Notes: a model not told the origin generated them from the sequence alone. A stretch of DNA of 64,000 bases from Candidatus Limnocylindria bacterium (GCA_035524955.1 DATLFG010000072.1:66173-130172), one strand, 5' to 3'. Counted from the stretch's first letter, positions 18,715 through 28,754 are shown. Numbers and translations: made by a program.

Positions 18715-19761
18715 TCACCGGCCCGGCTCTCTTGAAACTGCCGACGTGGTCAGCCGGATCCACACGAGGTGCACGAAGCCGGCGATACCGCGGGGCATGA
18801 CGTACATGAAGAGGATGAGGAGAGCGCCAAAGATCGCCCAGGGGGCAGCCTTCGAGATGTCCTGGGCCCAGGTGGGCACGAACTGGATGAACAGGGCGCC
18901 GTAGATGGCGCCGGAGATGGTCCCGAAGCCGCCGATGACGATCCCGGTCAGGAGCGTGATGGACAGGAAGACGTCGAAGGTGTCGGGGGCCACGAAGGCG
19001 ATGGCGATGGCGCTCAGCCCGCCCGCAATGCCGGTGTAGGCCGCGCTCACCCCGAACACGACCGACTTGTAGAGAGCGTTGTTGACGCCCATGGCCTCGG
19101 CGGCGATGTGGTTGTCCCGGATGGCCACGATGGCGCGACCCACCCGGCCGCGGAGGAGATTCCAGGCCAGGACGAAGAGGACGATGGTGACCGCGAGGGT
19201 CAAGTAGTAGAGCCACTGATCCTCGGTGAGGCGCAGCCCGAAGGGAGCCTTGGGCTTGCTCAGCACGATGCCCTGCGAGCCGCCCGTCCAGTGCTCGAAG
19301 TACTTGAAGATCTGCGGGACCGCCAGGGCCAGGGAGAACGTGGCCAGGGCCAGGTAGAGGCCCTCGAGCCGCAGGGCGGGCCGGCCGAAGAGGAAGCCCA
19401 CGACGAGGCACACGATCCCGGCGGCGAGGATCGTCCAGGCGTACCCGATGTCCCAGCGGTCGATCATGATGGCGGTCGTGTACGCCCCGATGCCGTAGAA
19501 GGCCCCATGGCCGAGCGAGAACTGGCCGTTGTAGCCGGTCAGCATGTTCAGGCCGAGCAGGGCGATGGCGTAGATCAGGACCTGAGTGAACTGAAAGAGC
19601 CGGAAGCCGCTCACGAAGAAGGGGAGCGCCGCCGCCACCGTCAGGATCACCAGCACCGTGGTGACGCCCACCGGCCGGGTCGCGCGCGCGGTGGCGTGAG
19701 GGTGGGCGACGCCGCCCTCCGGCCGACTCGCCGCCGTCGCCTCGCCGGGCCGAGAGTCCAC
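18715..19761 (-). CDS. livM: Branched-chain amino-acid ABC transporter permease LivM
   Basis: LivM-like TM core (…LGHGAFYGIGAYTTAIM…). Start set at the GTG 9 nt downstream of the livH stop. The track ORF over-extends N-terminally (Arg/Gly-rich). Confidence 0.75.
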   Translation of the reverse strand: MDSRPGEATAASRPEGGVAHPHATARATRPVGVTTVLVILTVAAALPFFVSGFRLFQFTQVLIYAIALLGLNMLTGYNGQFSLGHGAFYGIGAYTTAIMIDRWDIGYAWTILAAGIVCLVVGFLFGRPALRLEGLYLALATFSLALAVPQIFKYFEHWTGGSQGIVLSKPKAPFGLRLTEDQWLYYLTLAVTIVLFVLAWNLLRGRVGRAIVAIRDNHIAAEAMGVNNALYKSVVFGVSAAYTGIAGGLSAIAIAFVAPDTFDVFLSITLLTGIVIGGFGTISGAIYGALFIQFVPTWAQDISKAAPWAIFGALLILFMYVMPRGIAGFVHLVWIRLTTSAVSREPGR

Positions 19762-19769
19762 CGTCGTGC

Positions 19770-20651
19770 CTAGACCCGGCGCACGGTGGTGCGACCGAAG
19801 AGGCCGCTGGGTCTCACGAGCAACACGATGATGATCATGGCGAGGGCGACGGTCAGCTTGAGCTCGGTCCCGATGAAGGACACGTAGGTCCCGACCAGGT
19901 TCTCCGTCACCCCCACCAGGAAGCCGCCGACCACCGCGCCGAGCGGGCTCGTGAAGCCGCCGACCGTCGCCGCCGCGAAGGCATAGATCTGGATGCCGCC
20001 CATCATGTTCGGGTCCAGGAAGACCACCGGGGCGACCATCATCCCCGCCACCGCGCCGAAGGCGGCGGCCAGCCCCCACCCGAGCCCGAGCATCCAGCTC
20101 ACGCGGATGCCGCAGAGCCGGCTCGAGACGGGGTTCTGCGCGGCGGCGCGCATGGCGAGCCCGAGCGTCGTGTAGCGGAAGAAGAGGAAGAGCAGAAGCA
20201 GCACGACGAGCGTGATGCCGATCGCCCCCAGGTCGTGAGCGCCGAAGACGATGTTACCGATTTTGATCGGCCTGGACGGGAAGGGGCTCGGGAACGGCTT
20301 CTGGATGTACGAGTAGATCCAGCCGGCCACGCTGGTGAAGATGACGAGCAGCCCCAGGGTCACGATCACGATGGTGAGGATGGGGGCGCCCTCGACCGGT
20401 CGGATCACCACCCGCTCGATCAGCAGCCCACCCACGAAGGCGATGACCACCGTCGCGCCGAACGTCACCCAATAGGGCACACCCGCCTGCAGCAGCGACC
20501 AGGCGATATACGTGCTGAACATCGCCATGTTGCCCTGGGCGAAGTTCACGACGTCGGTGGCCTGGTAGATCATCACGAGGGCCAGGGCCAGGCTCGCGTA
20601 GATGCCCCCCGTCGCGAGCCCGGAGACGACTTGCTGGATGAAGATGTCCAT
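19770..20651 (-). CDS. livH: Branched-chain amino-acid ABC transporter permease LivH
   Basis: MDIFIQQVVSGLATGGIYASLALALVMIY… is LivH-like. Confidence 0.85.
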   Translation of the reverse strand: MDIFIQQVVSGLATGGIYASLALALVMIYQATDVVNFAQGNMAMFSTYIAWSLLQAGVPYWVTFGATVVIAFVGGLLIERVVIRPVEGAPILTIVIVTLGLLVIFTSVAGWIYSYIQKPFPSPFPSRPIKIGNIVFGAHDLGAIGITLVVLLLLFLFFRYTTLGLAMRAAAQNPVSSRLCGIRVSWMLGLGWGLAAAFGAVAGMMVAPVVFLDPNMMGGIQIYAFAAATVGGFTSPLGAVVGGFLVGVTENLVGTYVSFIGTELKLTVALAMIIIVLLVRPSGLFGRTTVRRV

Positions 20652-20653
20652 TT

Positions 20654-20895
20654 TAACTGGGGGGGAGCGGGCGCCGCTCCTCCCCCAGACCCCTCCACCG
20701 CTTCGTACGCGACCCAGACTGGTTCATCGTCCTTAACCGGGGGGGAGCGGGCGCCGCTCCTCCCCCCAGACCCCCCCACCGCTCCGTACGCGACCCCGCC
20801 TGGTTCATCGTCCTTAACCGGGGGGGGGAGCGGGCGCCGCTCCTCCCCCCCAGCCCCCCCGCTCCGAGGCGGATGCTGATCGGTTCATGTTCGGT
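20654..20895. repeat. Tandem direct repeat (~80-bp unit, about 3 copies). Each copy carries a GC-rich hairpin with variable homopolymer G/C tracts. Lies inside the liv operon between livF and livH.
   Basis: Unit ~TAACYGGGGGGGAGCGGGCGCCGCTCCTCCCCCCAGACCCCCCCACCGCTYCGTACGCGACCCNGMCTGGTTCATCGTCCT. G-tract lengths are 7, 7 and 9. A further GGTTCATG motif recurs at 20883 and 20932. Confidence 0.8.
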
Positions 20896-20954
20896 TGCGT
20901 CCGCCTCACGCTTTGGTGCCGCATGCCGGTCGGTTCATGGTGGTCGCTGTCTCC

Positions 20955-21668
20955 TCAGTAGCCGAGATAGGAGCGCCGGATCGCGTCATTCTTCTTCAGA
21001 TCGGCGGCGGGGCCGGACATCACCACCCGTCCGGTCTCGAGCAGGTAGGCGTGGCCGGCCAGATCGAGCGCCATCGCCGCGTTCTGCTCCACCAGCAGCA
21101 CGCTCACGCCCTCCTGCTGGTTGATGGTCTGCACGATGCGGAAGATCTCCCGGACCACGAGGGGGGCCAGGCCGAGCGAGGGCTCGTCGAGCAGCAGGAG
21201 CCGCGGGCGCGACATGAGCGCGCGCGCCACCGCGAGCATCTGCTGCTCGCCACCCGAGAGCGTCCCCGCCTGCTGGCGGCGGCGCTGCGCGAGCACGGGG
21301 AAATACTCGTAGATCTTCTCGTAGTCCTCCGCGAGGCCGGACTTGTCCCGGCGCGCGTAGGCGCCGAGCTTCAGGTTCTCCTCCACCGAGAGATCCACGA
21401 AGGTTCCCCGGCCCTCGGGGGTGTGGGCGATGCCGAGCCGGACGATGTCCTCGGTGGTCTTGCCGTCGATGCGCCGGCCGTCGAAGCGCACCTGGCCGCT
21501 GGTCCGGATCATCTTGCAAACCGCCCGGAGCGTGGTCGTCTTGCCGGCCCCATTGGCACCCAGGATCGTGGTGATCCCGCCCGCTTCCACCCCGAAGGAG
21601 AGCCCGTGCAGGACCTTGGTCGATCCGTACTGCGCCTCCAGGTCCTGCGCCTCCAGCAGGGCCGGCAT
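20955..21668 (-). CDS. livF: Branched-chain amino-acid ABC transporter ATP-binding protein LivF
   Basis: Walker A (GANGAGKTT), LSGGEQQ signature and C-terminal …RRSYLGY. Confidence 0.85.
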   Translation of the reverse strand: MPALLEAQDLEAQYGSTKVLHGLSFGVEAGGITTILGANGAGKTTTLRAVCKMIRTSGQVRFDGRRIDGKTTEDIVRLGIAHTPEGRGTFVDLSVEENLKLGAYARRDKSGLAEDYEKIYEYFPVLAQRRRQQAGTLSGGEQQMLAVARALMSRPRLLLLDEPSLGLAPLVVREIFRIVQTINQQEGVSVLLVEQNAAMALDLAGHAYLLETGRVVMSGPAADLKKNDAIRRSYLGY

Positions 21669-22450
21669 CAGGCCGCGCTCCCGAGATAGGCGCGGATCAC
21701 TTCGGGATCGCGTTGCACCGCGGCGGGTGGCCCCTCCGCGATTTTGCGGCCGAAGTCGAGGACCACCACCCGGTCGGACACCTGCATGACCAGACTCATG
21801 TGGTGCTCGACGAGGAGCACGGTCACACCCCGTCGATCGCGGATGGCCCGGAGGATGGCGCCGAGCGCGGCGACCTCCTCGTGGTTCAGGCCGCCCGCCG
21901 GCTCGTCGGCGAGCAGGAGCTTGGGCGTGCCCGCGAGCGCCCGCGCCAGCTCCACGCGCTTCAGCGTGCCGAACGGCAGGCCCGCGGCGCGATGCGCGGC
22001 GACGCGCTCGAGCTCGAGGAAGGCGATGACCTCCATCGCGACCTCTCGCATCATGCGCTCCTCGCGGCCGACCGACGGCAGGCGGAGCGCGTTGCTCAGG
22101 AAATCGCTTCCGGTGCGCGCGTGCACGCCCACCATCACGTTCTGCAGCACGCTCATGCTGGGGAAGAGCGCGAGGTTCTGGAAGGTGCGGCCGATGCCGA
22201 GGGCGGCCACGTGATGCGGGGTGTCGCGGATGATCGACTTGCCCTCGAAGACCAGGTCGCCGCTGTTCGGCGTGTACAGCCGGCTCACGCAGTTGAACAG
22301 CGTGGTCTTGCCCGCCCCGTTCGGGCCGATCAGCCCGACGATGTGGCCCGCCGCCATGTTGAAGGAGACGTCGTCGAGAGCGACGATACCCCCGAAACGC
22401 ATCGAGACGTTCCGCACGGACAGAATATCGGCGCCCACGGCCGCAGTCAC
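21668..22450 (-). CDS. livG: Branched-chain amino-acid ABC transporter ATP-binding protein LivG
   Basis: …MRFGGIVALDDVSF…[15 protein letters not shown]…LADEPAGGLN… is LivG-like. Start at a GTG. The stop overlaps the livF start (ATGA). The track ORF 21668..24784 is a large over-extension. Confidence 0.8.
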   Translation of the reverse strand: MTAAVGADILSVRNVSMRFGGIVALDDVSFNMAAGHIVGLIGPNGAGKTTLFNCVSRLYTPNSGDLVFEGKSIIRDTPHHVAALGIGRTFQNLALFPSMSVLQNVMVGVHARTGSDFLSNALRLPSVGREERMMREVAMEVIAFLELERVAAHRAAGLPFGTLKRVELARALAGTPKLLLADEPAGGLNHEEVAALGAILRAIRDRRGVTVLLVEHHMSLVMQVSDRVVVLDFGRKIAEGPPAAVQRDPEVIRAYLGSAA

Positions 22451-22459
22451 GGTTCGTAT

Positions 22460-22489
22460 CTTATAGGGGGTGGGCGGCGCTTTTGTCAA
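22460..22489 (-). promoter_or_regulatory. Candidate sigma70 promoter for the liv operon (TTGACA-N18-TATAAG). It would give a near-leaderless transcript.
   Basis: On the minus strand, TTGACA lies at 22489-22484 and TATAAG at 22465-22460, about 9 nt upstream of the GTG start. Confidence 0.35.
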
Positions 22490-22525
22490 TCCTAAACGCC
22501 ACTTCGCTGGTATGATCCGGGGTCT

Positions 22526-24205
22526 ATGGCGCACCAGTACATCTTCGTGATGAAGGACCTGAAGAAGATCGTCCCGCCCAAGCGGGAGATCCTGAAGGGC
22601 ATCTGGCTGTCGTTCTACCCCGGGGCCAAGATCGGCGTGATCGGTGGTAACGGCGCGGGCAAGAGCACGCTGCTGCGCATCATGGCCGGCGTGGACACGG
22701 ACTTCCTGGGCGAGGCGTGGCCCGCCGACGGCGTACGGGTGGGCTATCTGCCGCAGGAGCCCCGGCTCGATCCCGCGAAGGACGTCCGCGGCAACGTCGA
22801 GGACGGCGTCGCCGATGTCCGCGGCCTGCTGACCCGCTTCGACGAGATCAACGCCAAGCTGGGCGAGCCCCTCGACGATGAGGGCATGGAGAAGCTTCTC
22901 GCCGACCAGGCGCGGGTGCAGGACGCCATCGAGGCGGCCAACGGCTGGGACCTGGACCGGACGGTCGAGATCGCGATGGACGCCCTCCGGTGCCCGCCGG
23001 GTGACGCGGACGTGGGGACCCTGTCCGGCGGCGAGGTCCGGCGCGTCGCCCTCTGCCGCCTGCTGCTCCAGAAGCCCGATCTCCTGCTGCTGGACGAGCC
23101 CACCAACCACCTCGACGCGGAGTCGGTGGCCTGGCTCGAGCGGTTCCTCAAGGAGTACCCGGGCACGGTGGTGGCGATCACCCACGACCGCTACTTCCTG
23201 GACAACGTGGCGGGCTGGATCCTCGAGCTGGACCGCGGCGCGGGCATCCCGTGGGAGGGCAACTACACCTCCTGGCTCGATCAGAAGAAGCAGCGCCTCG
23301 CCGTCGAGGAGAAGCAGGAGACCGCGCGGCAGCGCACGCTCGAGCGCGAGCTCGAGTGGGTGCGCATGTCGCCGCGCGCGCGCCAGGCCAAGTCCAAGTC
23401 GCGGCTGCAGGCCTACGAGCAGCTGCTCGCGGAGGGCGGCAGCGACCGCGAGGGGCAGGCCGAGATCATCATCCCGGCCGGGCCGCGCCTCGGCGACGTG
23501 GTGGTGCAGGCCGAGCACCTCGTCAAGGGCTACGGCGACCGGCTGCTGATCGAGGATCTCTCGTTCAGCCTCCCGCGGGGTGGCATCGTCGGCGTCATCG
23601 GCCCCAACGGGGCGGGCAAGACCACGCTCTTCCGCATGATCACCGGCCAGGAGAAGCCCGACCGCGGCAGCCTCCAGGTGGGGGAGACCGTGCGCCTGGC
23701 CTCCGTGGACCAGAGCCGCGACTCCCTCGATCCGTCCAAGAACGTCTGGGAGGAGATCTCGGGCGGCGCCGAGCAGCTCCAGCTCGGCACGCGCCAGATG
23801 GCCTCGCGCGCCTACGTGGCCTCCTTCAACTTCAAGGGCTCCGACCAGCAGAAGAAGGTGGGCGATCTCTCCGGGGGCGAGCGCAACCGCGTGCACCTGG
23901 CCACCCTGCTCAAGAGCGGCGGCAACCTGCTGCTCCTCGACGAGCCCACCAACGACCTCGACGTGGACACCCTGCGAGCCCTCGAGGACGCGCTGCTGTC
24001 CTTCGCGGGTTGCGCGGTGGTGATCAGCCACGACCGCTGGTTCCTCGACCGGGTCGCCACCCACATGCTGGCCTTCGAGGGCGACAGCCGGGTGGCCTGG
24101 TTCGAGGGCAACTATGAAGACTACGAGGCCGACCGGCACAAGCGGCTGGGCGCGGCCGCCGACACCCCGCACCGCATCCGGTACAAGCCGCTCACCCGCG
24201 GCTAG
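22526..24205 (+). CDS. ettA: ABC-F family translational throttle ATPase EttA (YjjK)
   Basis: [55 protein letters not shown]…. Two ABC domains, with an EttA-specific arm and linker. Confidence 0.9.
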   Translation: MAHQYIFVMKDLKKIVPPKREILKGIWLSFYPGAKIGVIGGNGAGKSTLLRIMAGVDTDFLGEAWPADGVRVGYLPQEPRLDPAKDVRGNVEDGVADVRGLLTRFDEINAKLGEPLDDEGMEKLLADQARVQDAIEAANGWDLDRTVEIAMDALRCPPGDADVGTLSGGEVRRVALCRLLLQKPDLLLLDEPTNHLDAESVAWLERFLKEYPGTVVAITHDRYFLDNVAGWILELDRGAGIPWEGNYTSWLDQKKQRLAVEEKQETARQRTLERELEWVRMSPRARQAKSKSRLQAYEQLLAEGGSDREGQAEIIIPAGPRLGDVVVQAEHLVKGYGDRLLIEDLSFSLPRGGIVGVIGPNGAGKTTLFRMITGQEKPDRGSLQVGETVRLASVDQSRDSLDPSKNVWEEISGGAEQLQLGTRQMASRAYVASFNFKGSDQQKKVGDLSGGERNRVHLATLLKSGGNLLLLDEPTNDLDVDTLRALEDALLSFAGCAVVISHDRWFLDRVATHMLAFEGDSRVAWFEGNYEDYEADRHKRLGAAADTPHRIRYKPLTRG

Positions 24206-24224
24206 CCTCGGGGAGGGCCCCGCC

Positions 24225-24857
24225 ATGTTCAAGGACACCGTGACGTCCCGGGAGGAGCTCCGCGCCATCTTCGGGGCACCCATGGAGCGCGCCGTGCTCA
24301 AGGAGCGCGCGAGCCTCGACGTCCACTCTCGTGCCTTCATCGCCGCCGCGCCCTTCGTGCTGATCGCCACCTCGGGCGCGGCCGGGCGCTGCGACGTCTC
24401 GCCCAAGGGCGACGCGCCCGGCTTCGTGCTGGTGGTGGATGACCACCACCTGGTAGTGCCCGACCGCCCCGGCAACAACCGCATCGACGGGTTCACCAAT
24501 ATCGTGGAGAACCCGCACGTGGGTATGATCTTCCTGATCCCCGGCCGCGAGGATACTTTGCGCGTCAACGGCCGCGCCTGCATCGCACGGGACGCGGAGA
24601 TCCTGGCGCGGCTCGCGGTGCAGGGCAAGCGGCCCAAGGTCGCGATCGGAGTGGAGGTGGAGGAGTGCTTCCTGCACTGCGCGAAGGCCTTCAAGCGCTC
24701 CGGCCTCTGGGAGCGGGAGCACTGGCCCGACGTGGCCGGGCTGCCCTCGATGGCGCGGATGCTGTGGGACCAGATCGAGGCCAAGCCGGCCGGGCACGCC
24801 TGCGTCGAGGACTACGAGCGCGACCAGCAGGAGCGCTTGCGGAAGACGCTCTATTGA
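24225..24857 (+). CDS. PPOX-class (pyridoxamine 5'-phosphate oxidase-like) FMN-binding protein
   Basis: …FIAAAPFVLIATSGAAGRCDVSPKGDAPGFVLVVDDHHLVVPDRPGNNR… is an MSMEG_1061-type flavoprotein sequence. Confidence 0.6.
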   Translation: MFKDTVTSREELRAIFGAPMERAVLKERASLDVHSRAFIAAAPFVLIATSGAAGRCDVSPKGDAPGFVLVVDDHHLVVPDRPGNNRIDGFTNIVENPHVGMIFLIPGREDTLRVNGRACIARDAEILARLAVQGKRPKVAIGVEVEECFLHCAKAFKRSGLWEREHWPDVAGLPSMARMLWDQIEAKPAGHACVEDYERDQQERLRKTLY

Positions 24858-24869
24858 TCTGACCGCTCG

Positions 24870-26000
24870 ATGAGCCCCGATCTCCCGCGCAGCGCCGACG
24901 TCGTGATCATCGGGGCCGGCGCCATCGGCGCTAGCATCGCCTACCAGCTCGGGCGGCGCGGCGTCCGCGACGTGGTGGTGCTCGAGCGCGACGCGGTCGG
25001 CGCCGGGTCGACGAGCAAGGCGGCGGGCGGGATCCGGGTGCAGTTCGCGACCCGGGTGGAGATCGAGCTCTCGCTCCGCGGCATCGCTTTCTTCAAGCGC
25101 TTCGAGGACGAGATGGGGGTGCCCTGCGATTTCCACCAGGAGGGCTACCTCTTCGTGGTCACCGACGAGCCGACCCTGGCGCGCTTTCGCGACAACGTGG
25201 CGCTCCAGCGGAGCATGGGCGCGGACGTGCGGGTGATCGCCCCCGACGACGCCCGTGCCCTGGTGCCTTCGCTCAACATGGACGATGCTCTCGCCGCGGT
25301 CTGGGGGCCCATGGACGGCCACGCCTCGCCCAACGACGTGGTGCAGGCCTACGCCGCCCAGGCGCGGGCCCGCGGCGTCCGCATCGTGGAGGACTCCCCG
25401 GTGACCGGGATCGTGGTCGAGCGCGGGCGGGTGGCGGGCGTCGTCACCCCGGCCGGCGCCATCGCCACCCGGCTCGTGGTCAACGCCGCCGGACCCTGGG
25501 CCCCGCTGGTCGCCCGGATGGCCGGGCTCGACCTGCCGGTGGACCCGCGCCGACGGCACATCTTCGTGACCGACGCCTTCGACGGCATCCGCCATCCGCT
25601 GCCGCTCGTCACCGATACCGGCAGCGGCTTCTACTGCCGGAGCGAGCAGGGGGCCATCCTGATGAGCCCGGGCGACATCGGAGCCACCACCGAGTACGAG
25701 GCGCGGGTGGACTGGAGCGTGCTGGAGCTGGCGGTGGAGAAGGCGATCCGGCGGATCCCCGCGCTCGAGCGCGCCCAGGTGCGCCACGCGTGGGCCGGGC
25801 TCCGGCCGCTCACCCCCGACGGGCGCGCCATCCTGGACTGGGCTCCCGGGGTCGAGGGCCTCTACCTGGCGGTGGGGTTCTGCGGCCACGGCTTCCAGCA
25901 CTCCCCCGGGGTGGGCGAGACGGTGGCCGAGCTGCTGCTCGACGGCCGCTCGGCGCTCGACGTCCACGACCTGCGCCTCGGCCGCTTTGCGTCGGCTTGA
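24870..26000 (+). CDS. FAD-dependent oxidoreductase (DAO family; glycine/sarcosine oxidase beta-like)
   Basis: N-terminal ADVVIIGAGAIGASIAYQL. DAO-like C-terminus (…GFCGHGFQHSPGVGE…). Confidence 0.8.
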   Translation: MSPDLPRSADVVIIGAGAIGASIAYQLGRRGVRDVVVLERDAVGAGSTSKAAGGIRVQFATRVEIELSLRGIAFFKRFEDEMGVPCDFHQEGYLFVVTDEPTLARFRDNVALQRSMGADVRVIAPDDARALVPSLNMDDALAAVWGPMDGHASPNDVVQAYAAQARARGVRIVEDSPVTGIVVERGRVAGVVTPAGAIATRLVVNAAGPWAPLVARMAGLDLPVDPRRRHIFVTDAFDGIRHPLPLVTDTGSGFYCRSEQGAILMSPGDIGATTEYEARVDWSVLELAVEKAIRRIPALERAQVRHAWAGLRPLTPDGRAILDWAPGVEGLYLAVGFCGHGFQHSPGVGETVAELLLDGRSALDVHDLRLGRFASA

Positions 26001-26039
26001 CACGGCGGCATCGGGCCGCTAACGTCCGAGTCCGCGGCG

Positions 26040-28754
26040 ATGCAGAACGTCTCCCTCGACCGTCTCCGGCAGGTGGCGAACCTGGCCCGCTCCGTGGCGA
26101 GCGCGCTCGACGTGGACACCGTCCTCCGCCAGGTCGTGGAGGCGGTGCTCTCGCTACGGCCGCGCGCCTTCTGCGTGGTGCGCCTGGTGGACCTGGAGCG
26201 GGGCGGTTACCGGCTCGCGGCCAAGGGCGGGTCCGGCGAGGACGCGACGGACTTCGAGAGCGTGGCCGAGATCATCCCCTTCGGGAGCGGGATCACCCAT
26301 GCGGTCGCGCAGAGCGGACAGCCGGTGCTGTTGCCGGACGCGCTCGGCGATCCGCGGCTCGTCTCGGCGATGTGGCGCGAGGAGCGAGGCCTCAAGGTCT
26401 ACTACGGCGTGCCGATCAGCGCGGGCGGTGAGCTGATGGGCGTGCTCAACGTGGCACTCTCCGAGACCGCGCCACCCACCGCGGAGGAGCGGGAGATCGT
26501 GGACCTGCTGGCGAGCCACGCGGCGGTCGCGATCGGCAACGCGCGGCTCTTCGCGGAGAGCGAGACCCGGCGCCGGACCGCGGAGGCCCTCGCGGAGGTC
26601 TGGCGCTTCCTCTCCGAGACGTTCGACGTGGCCGCGCTCGGCCAGCGCATCGCCGACGTCGTGCTGCGCGCCCTGCGGGTGCGGGCGGCCGTGCTCTACC
26701 GCCTCCTGCCCGGGTCGGGGGATCTTGCGGTGATCGGCCGCTCGGGGGAGGCGGAGCGATTATTCGATCCCGGTGTCGTGCTGCCCGCGGGTCACGGCGT
26801 GGTCGGCCTGGCCGTGAACCGCCGGCAGCCGGTGGTCACGCCCGACGTGCGGGTGGATAGCCGCATCGTCTCACCCGCGAGCATGCGCCCCGGACAGACC
26901 CTGTGCCCGTCGGTGCTCTCGCTGCCCCTGGTGGTGAAGGGGCAGGTGGTGGGCGGCTTCACGGTGGGCGACTTCCTCGGGCGCGTCTACACCGACGAGG
27001 ATCTCCGATTGGCCCAGACCTTCGCGGACCAGGCGGCGGTGGCGCTCGAGAACGCGCGGCTGTTCGCGGAGACGGAGCGGCGGCGGCGCGAGAGCCTGGC
27101 GCTCGGCAACGTGAGCCAGACGCTCGCGCAGTCGCTGCATCCCGGCGCGGTCGCCCAGCGCGCGGTGGACTGTGTGCGAGACCTGGTCGGGGTGCTCGCG
27201 GCCTCCGTCTTCCGCCTCGAGCCCGAGTCGGGCGCGCTGGAGGAGACGGCCTCCTCGGGGCTGTCCTCCTTCCGCGACCGGCCGCCGCGGTTCCTGCGCG
27301 GCACCGGGGTGGTCGGGCTGGCGGTCGCCGAGCGGCGGGCGGTGGTCTCGAATGATGTCCTCGCCGACCCGCGGCTGCGGTTCCCCCCCGAGGTGCGCGC
27401 GTTCCTCGAGGTCTCGCAGATCCGCGCCATCCTCGCGGTGCCGCTCATCGTGAAGGAGCAGGTGATCGGCGCCCTCGGGCTGGTGGACGCGAGCGGCCGG
27501 GTCTTCGCGGAGGACGACGTGCGGCTCGCCCAGGCCTTCGCGGACCAGGCGGCGGTGGCGCTCGAGAACGCGCGGCTCTACGCGGACGCAGAGCGGCGGC
27601 GGGTCGAGGCCGAGACGCTCGCCGGCCTGGTGCGCACCATCACCGCCACGCTCGATCCCGCGCTGGTCCTGCGCCGGGTGGTGGCGGCCGCCCGGGAGCT
27701 GTGCGGGAGCGACTCCGCCCACATCCTGCTGCGCGATGCCGAGACCGACACGATGTTCACCCGCTACGGCGTGGGCCAGGCGGTGGGCGACGCGGACGCG
27801 CCGCGCATCACGCGCGGCCGCGGCGCGGGGGGGCAAGCGTGGAGCACGGGCCGGCCCTTCCGCACCGCGAACCGGCCCGACGACCCGCGGGTGCGGGACG
27901 ACTATCCGGAGGCGATCAGGCGGGAAGGTGTCATCGCCACCCTCGTGGTCCCGATCTGGATCGGCGGCCAGGTCGAAGGGCTCCTCTACGTCTCCAACCG
28001 CGCCGACCGGTCGTTCACCGACCGTGACGAGGCGATCCTGATCCGACTGGCCGACCACGCGGCGATCGCGATCCAGAACGCGACCCTGTACAGCCGTCTG
28101 CAGGCGCTCTCCGGGCGCCTGATGGAGGTCCAGGAGGCGGAGCGGCGGCACCTGGCCCGCGAGCTCCACGACGAGATCGGCCAGCTCCTCACCGGGCTGC
28201 GCCTCACCCTCGACGTCCCCGAGCCGCCGTCGCCCGCGCTTGGCCTGCGGCTCGGGCAGGCCCAGGCCCTGGTGCAAGAGCTGCTCGAGCGGATCCGCGC
28301 GCTGTCGCTCGACCTGCGGCCGAGCATCCTGGACGACCTGGGCGTGCTGCCCGCGCTGCTCGACAACGTCGAGCGGTACATGAGCCAGACCAAGATCCGC
28401 GTGCACCTCGAGCACAGCGGGCTCGACCGGCGCTTCGCCCCCGAGACCGAGACCGGCGTCTACCGCATCGTCCAGGAAGCGCTGACCAACGTGGCGCGCC
28501 ACGGCCGCGTGGACGAGGTGACGGTGCGCCTGTGGGCCACCGACGACGTGCTCGGCGTCCAGGTCGAGGACCACGGCGCCGGGTTCGACCCGGACGCGGT
28601 GCTCGCGGCCGGCCGGAGCGGCGGGCTCGCGGGCCTGCGCGAGCGGGCGGCCCTGCTGAACGGCCACCTCACGGTGGAGACGCATCCGGGCCGTGGCGTG
28701 CGGCTGACCGCCGAGGTCCCCCTCAACGGCTCGCTCAGGCGGCCCGGTGAGTGA
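26040..28754 (+). CDS. Sensor histidine kinase with four tandem GAF domains, a HisKA_3 dimerisation domain and a HATPase domain (NarX/LiaS type)
   Basis: Four repeated …FADQAAVALENARLFAE(S/T)E(T)RRR… GAF-terminal segments. Phospho-acceptor site ERRHLARELHDEIGQLLTGL. ATP-binding G-box motifs. Confidence 0.85.
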   Translation: MQNVSLDRLRQVANLARSVASALDVDTVLRQVVEAVLSLRPRAFCVVRLVDLERGGYRLAAKGGSGEDATDFESVAEIIPFGSGITHAVAQSGQPVLLPDALGDPRLVSAMWREERGLKVYYGVPISAGGELMGVLNVALSETAPPTAEEREIVDLLASHAAVAIGNARLFAESETRRRTAEALAEVWRFLSETFDVAALGQRIADVVLRALRVRAAVLYRLLPGSGDLAVIGRSGEAERLFDPGVVLPAGHGVVGLAVNRRQPVVTPDVRVDSRIVSPASMRPGQTLCPSVLSLPLVVKGQVVGGFTVGDFLGRVYTDEDLRLAQTFADQAAVALENARLFAETERRRRESLALGNVSQTLAQSLHPGAVAQRAVDCVRDLVGVLAASVFRLEPESGALEETASSGLSSFRDRPPRFLRGTGVVGLAVAERRAVVSNDVLADPRLRFPPEVRAFLEVSQIRAILAVPLIVKEQVIGALGLVDASGRVFAEDDVRLAQAFADQAAVALENARLYADAERRRVEAETLAGLVRTITATLDPALVLRRVVAAARELCGSDSAHILLRDAETDTMFTRYGVGQAVGDADAPRITRGRGAGGQAWSTGRPFRTANRPDDPRVRDDYPEAIRREGVIATLVVPIWIGGQVEGLLYVSNRADRSFTDRDEAILIRLADHAAIAIQNATLYSRLQALSGRLMEVQEAERRHLARELHDEIGQLLTGLRLTLDVPEPPSPALGLRLGQAQALVQELLERIRALSLDLRPSILDDLGVLPALLDNVERYMSQTKIRVHLEHSGLDRRFAPETETGVYRIVQEALTNVARHGRVDEVTVRLWATDDVLGVQVEDHGAGFDPDAVLAAGRSGGLAGLRERAALLNGHLTVETHPGRGVRLTAEVPLNGSLRRPGE

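Noticed and set aside
21668-24784. 1038-aa minus-strand ORF
   Set aside because: Only the last ~260 residues are LivG. The rest overlaps EttA on the opposite strand and has wrong-frame composition.
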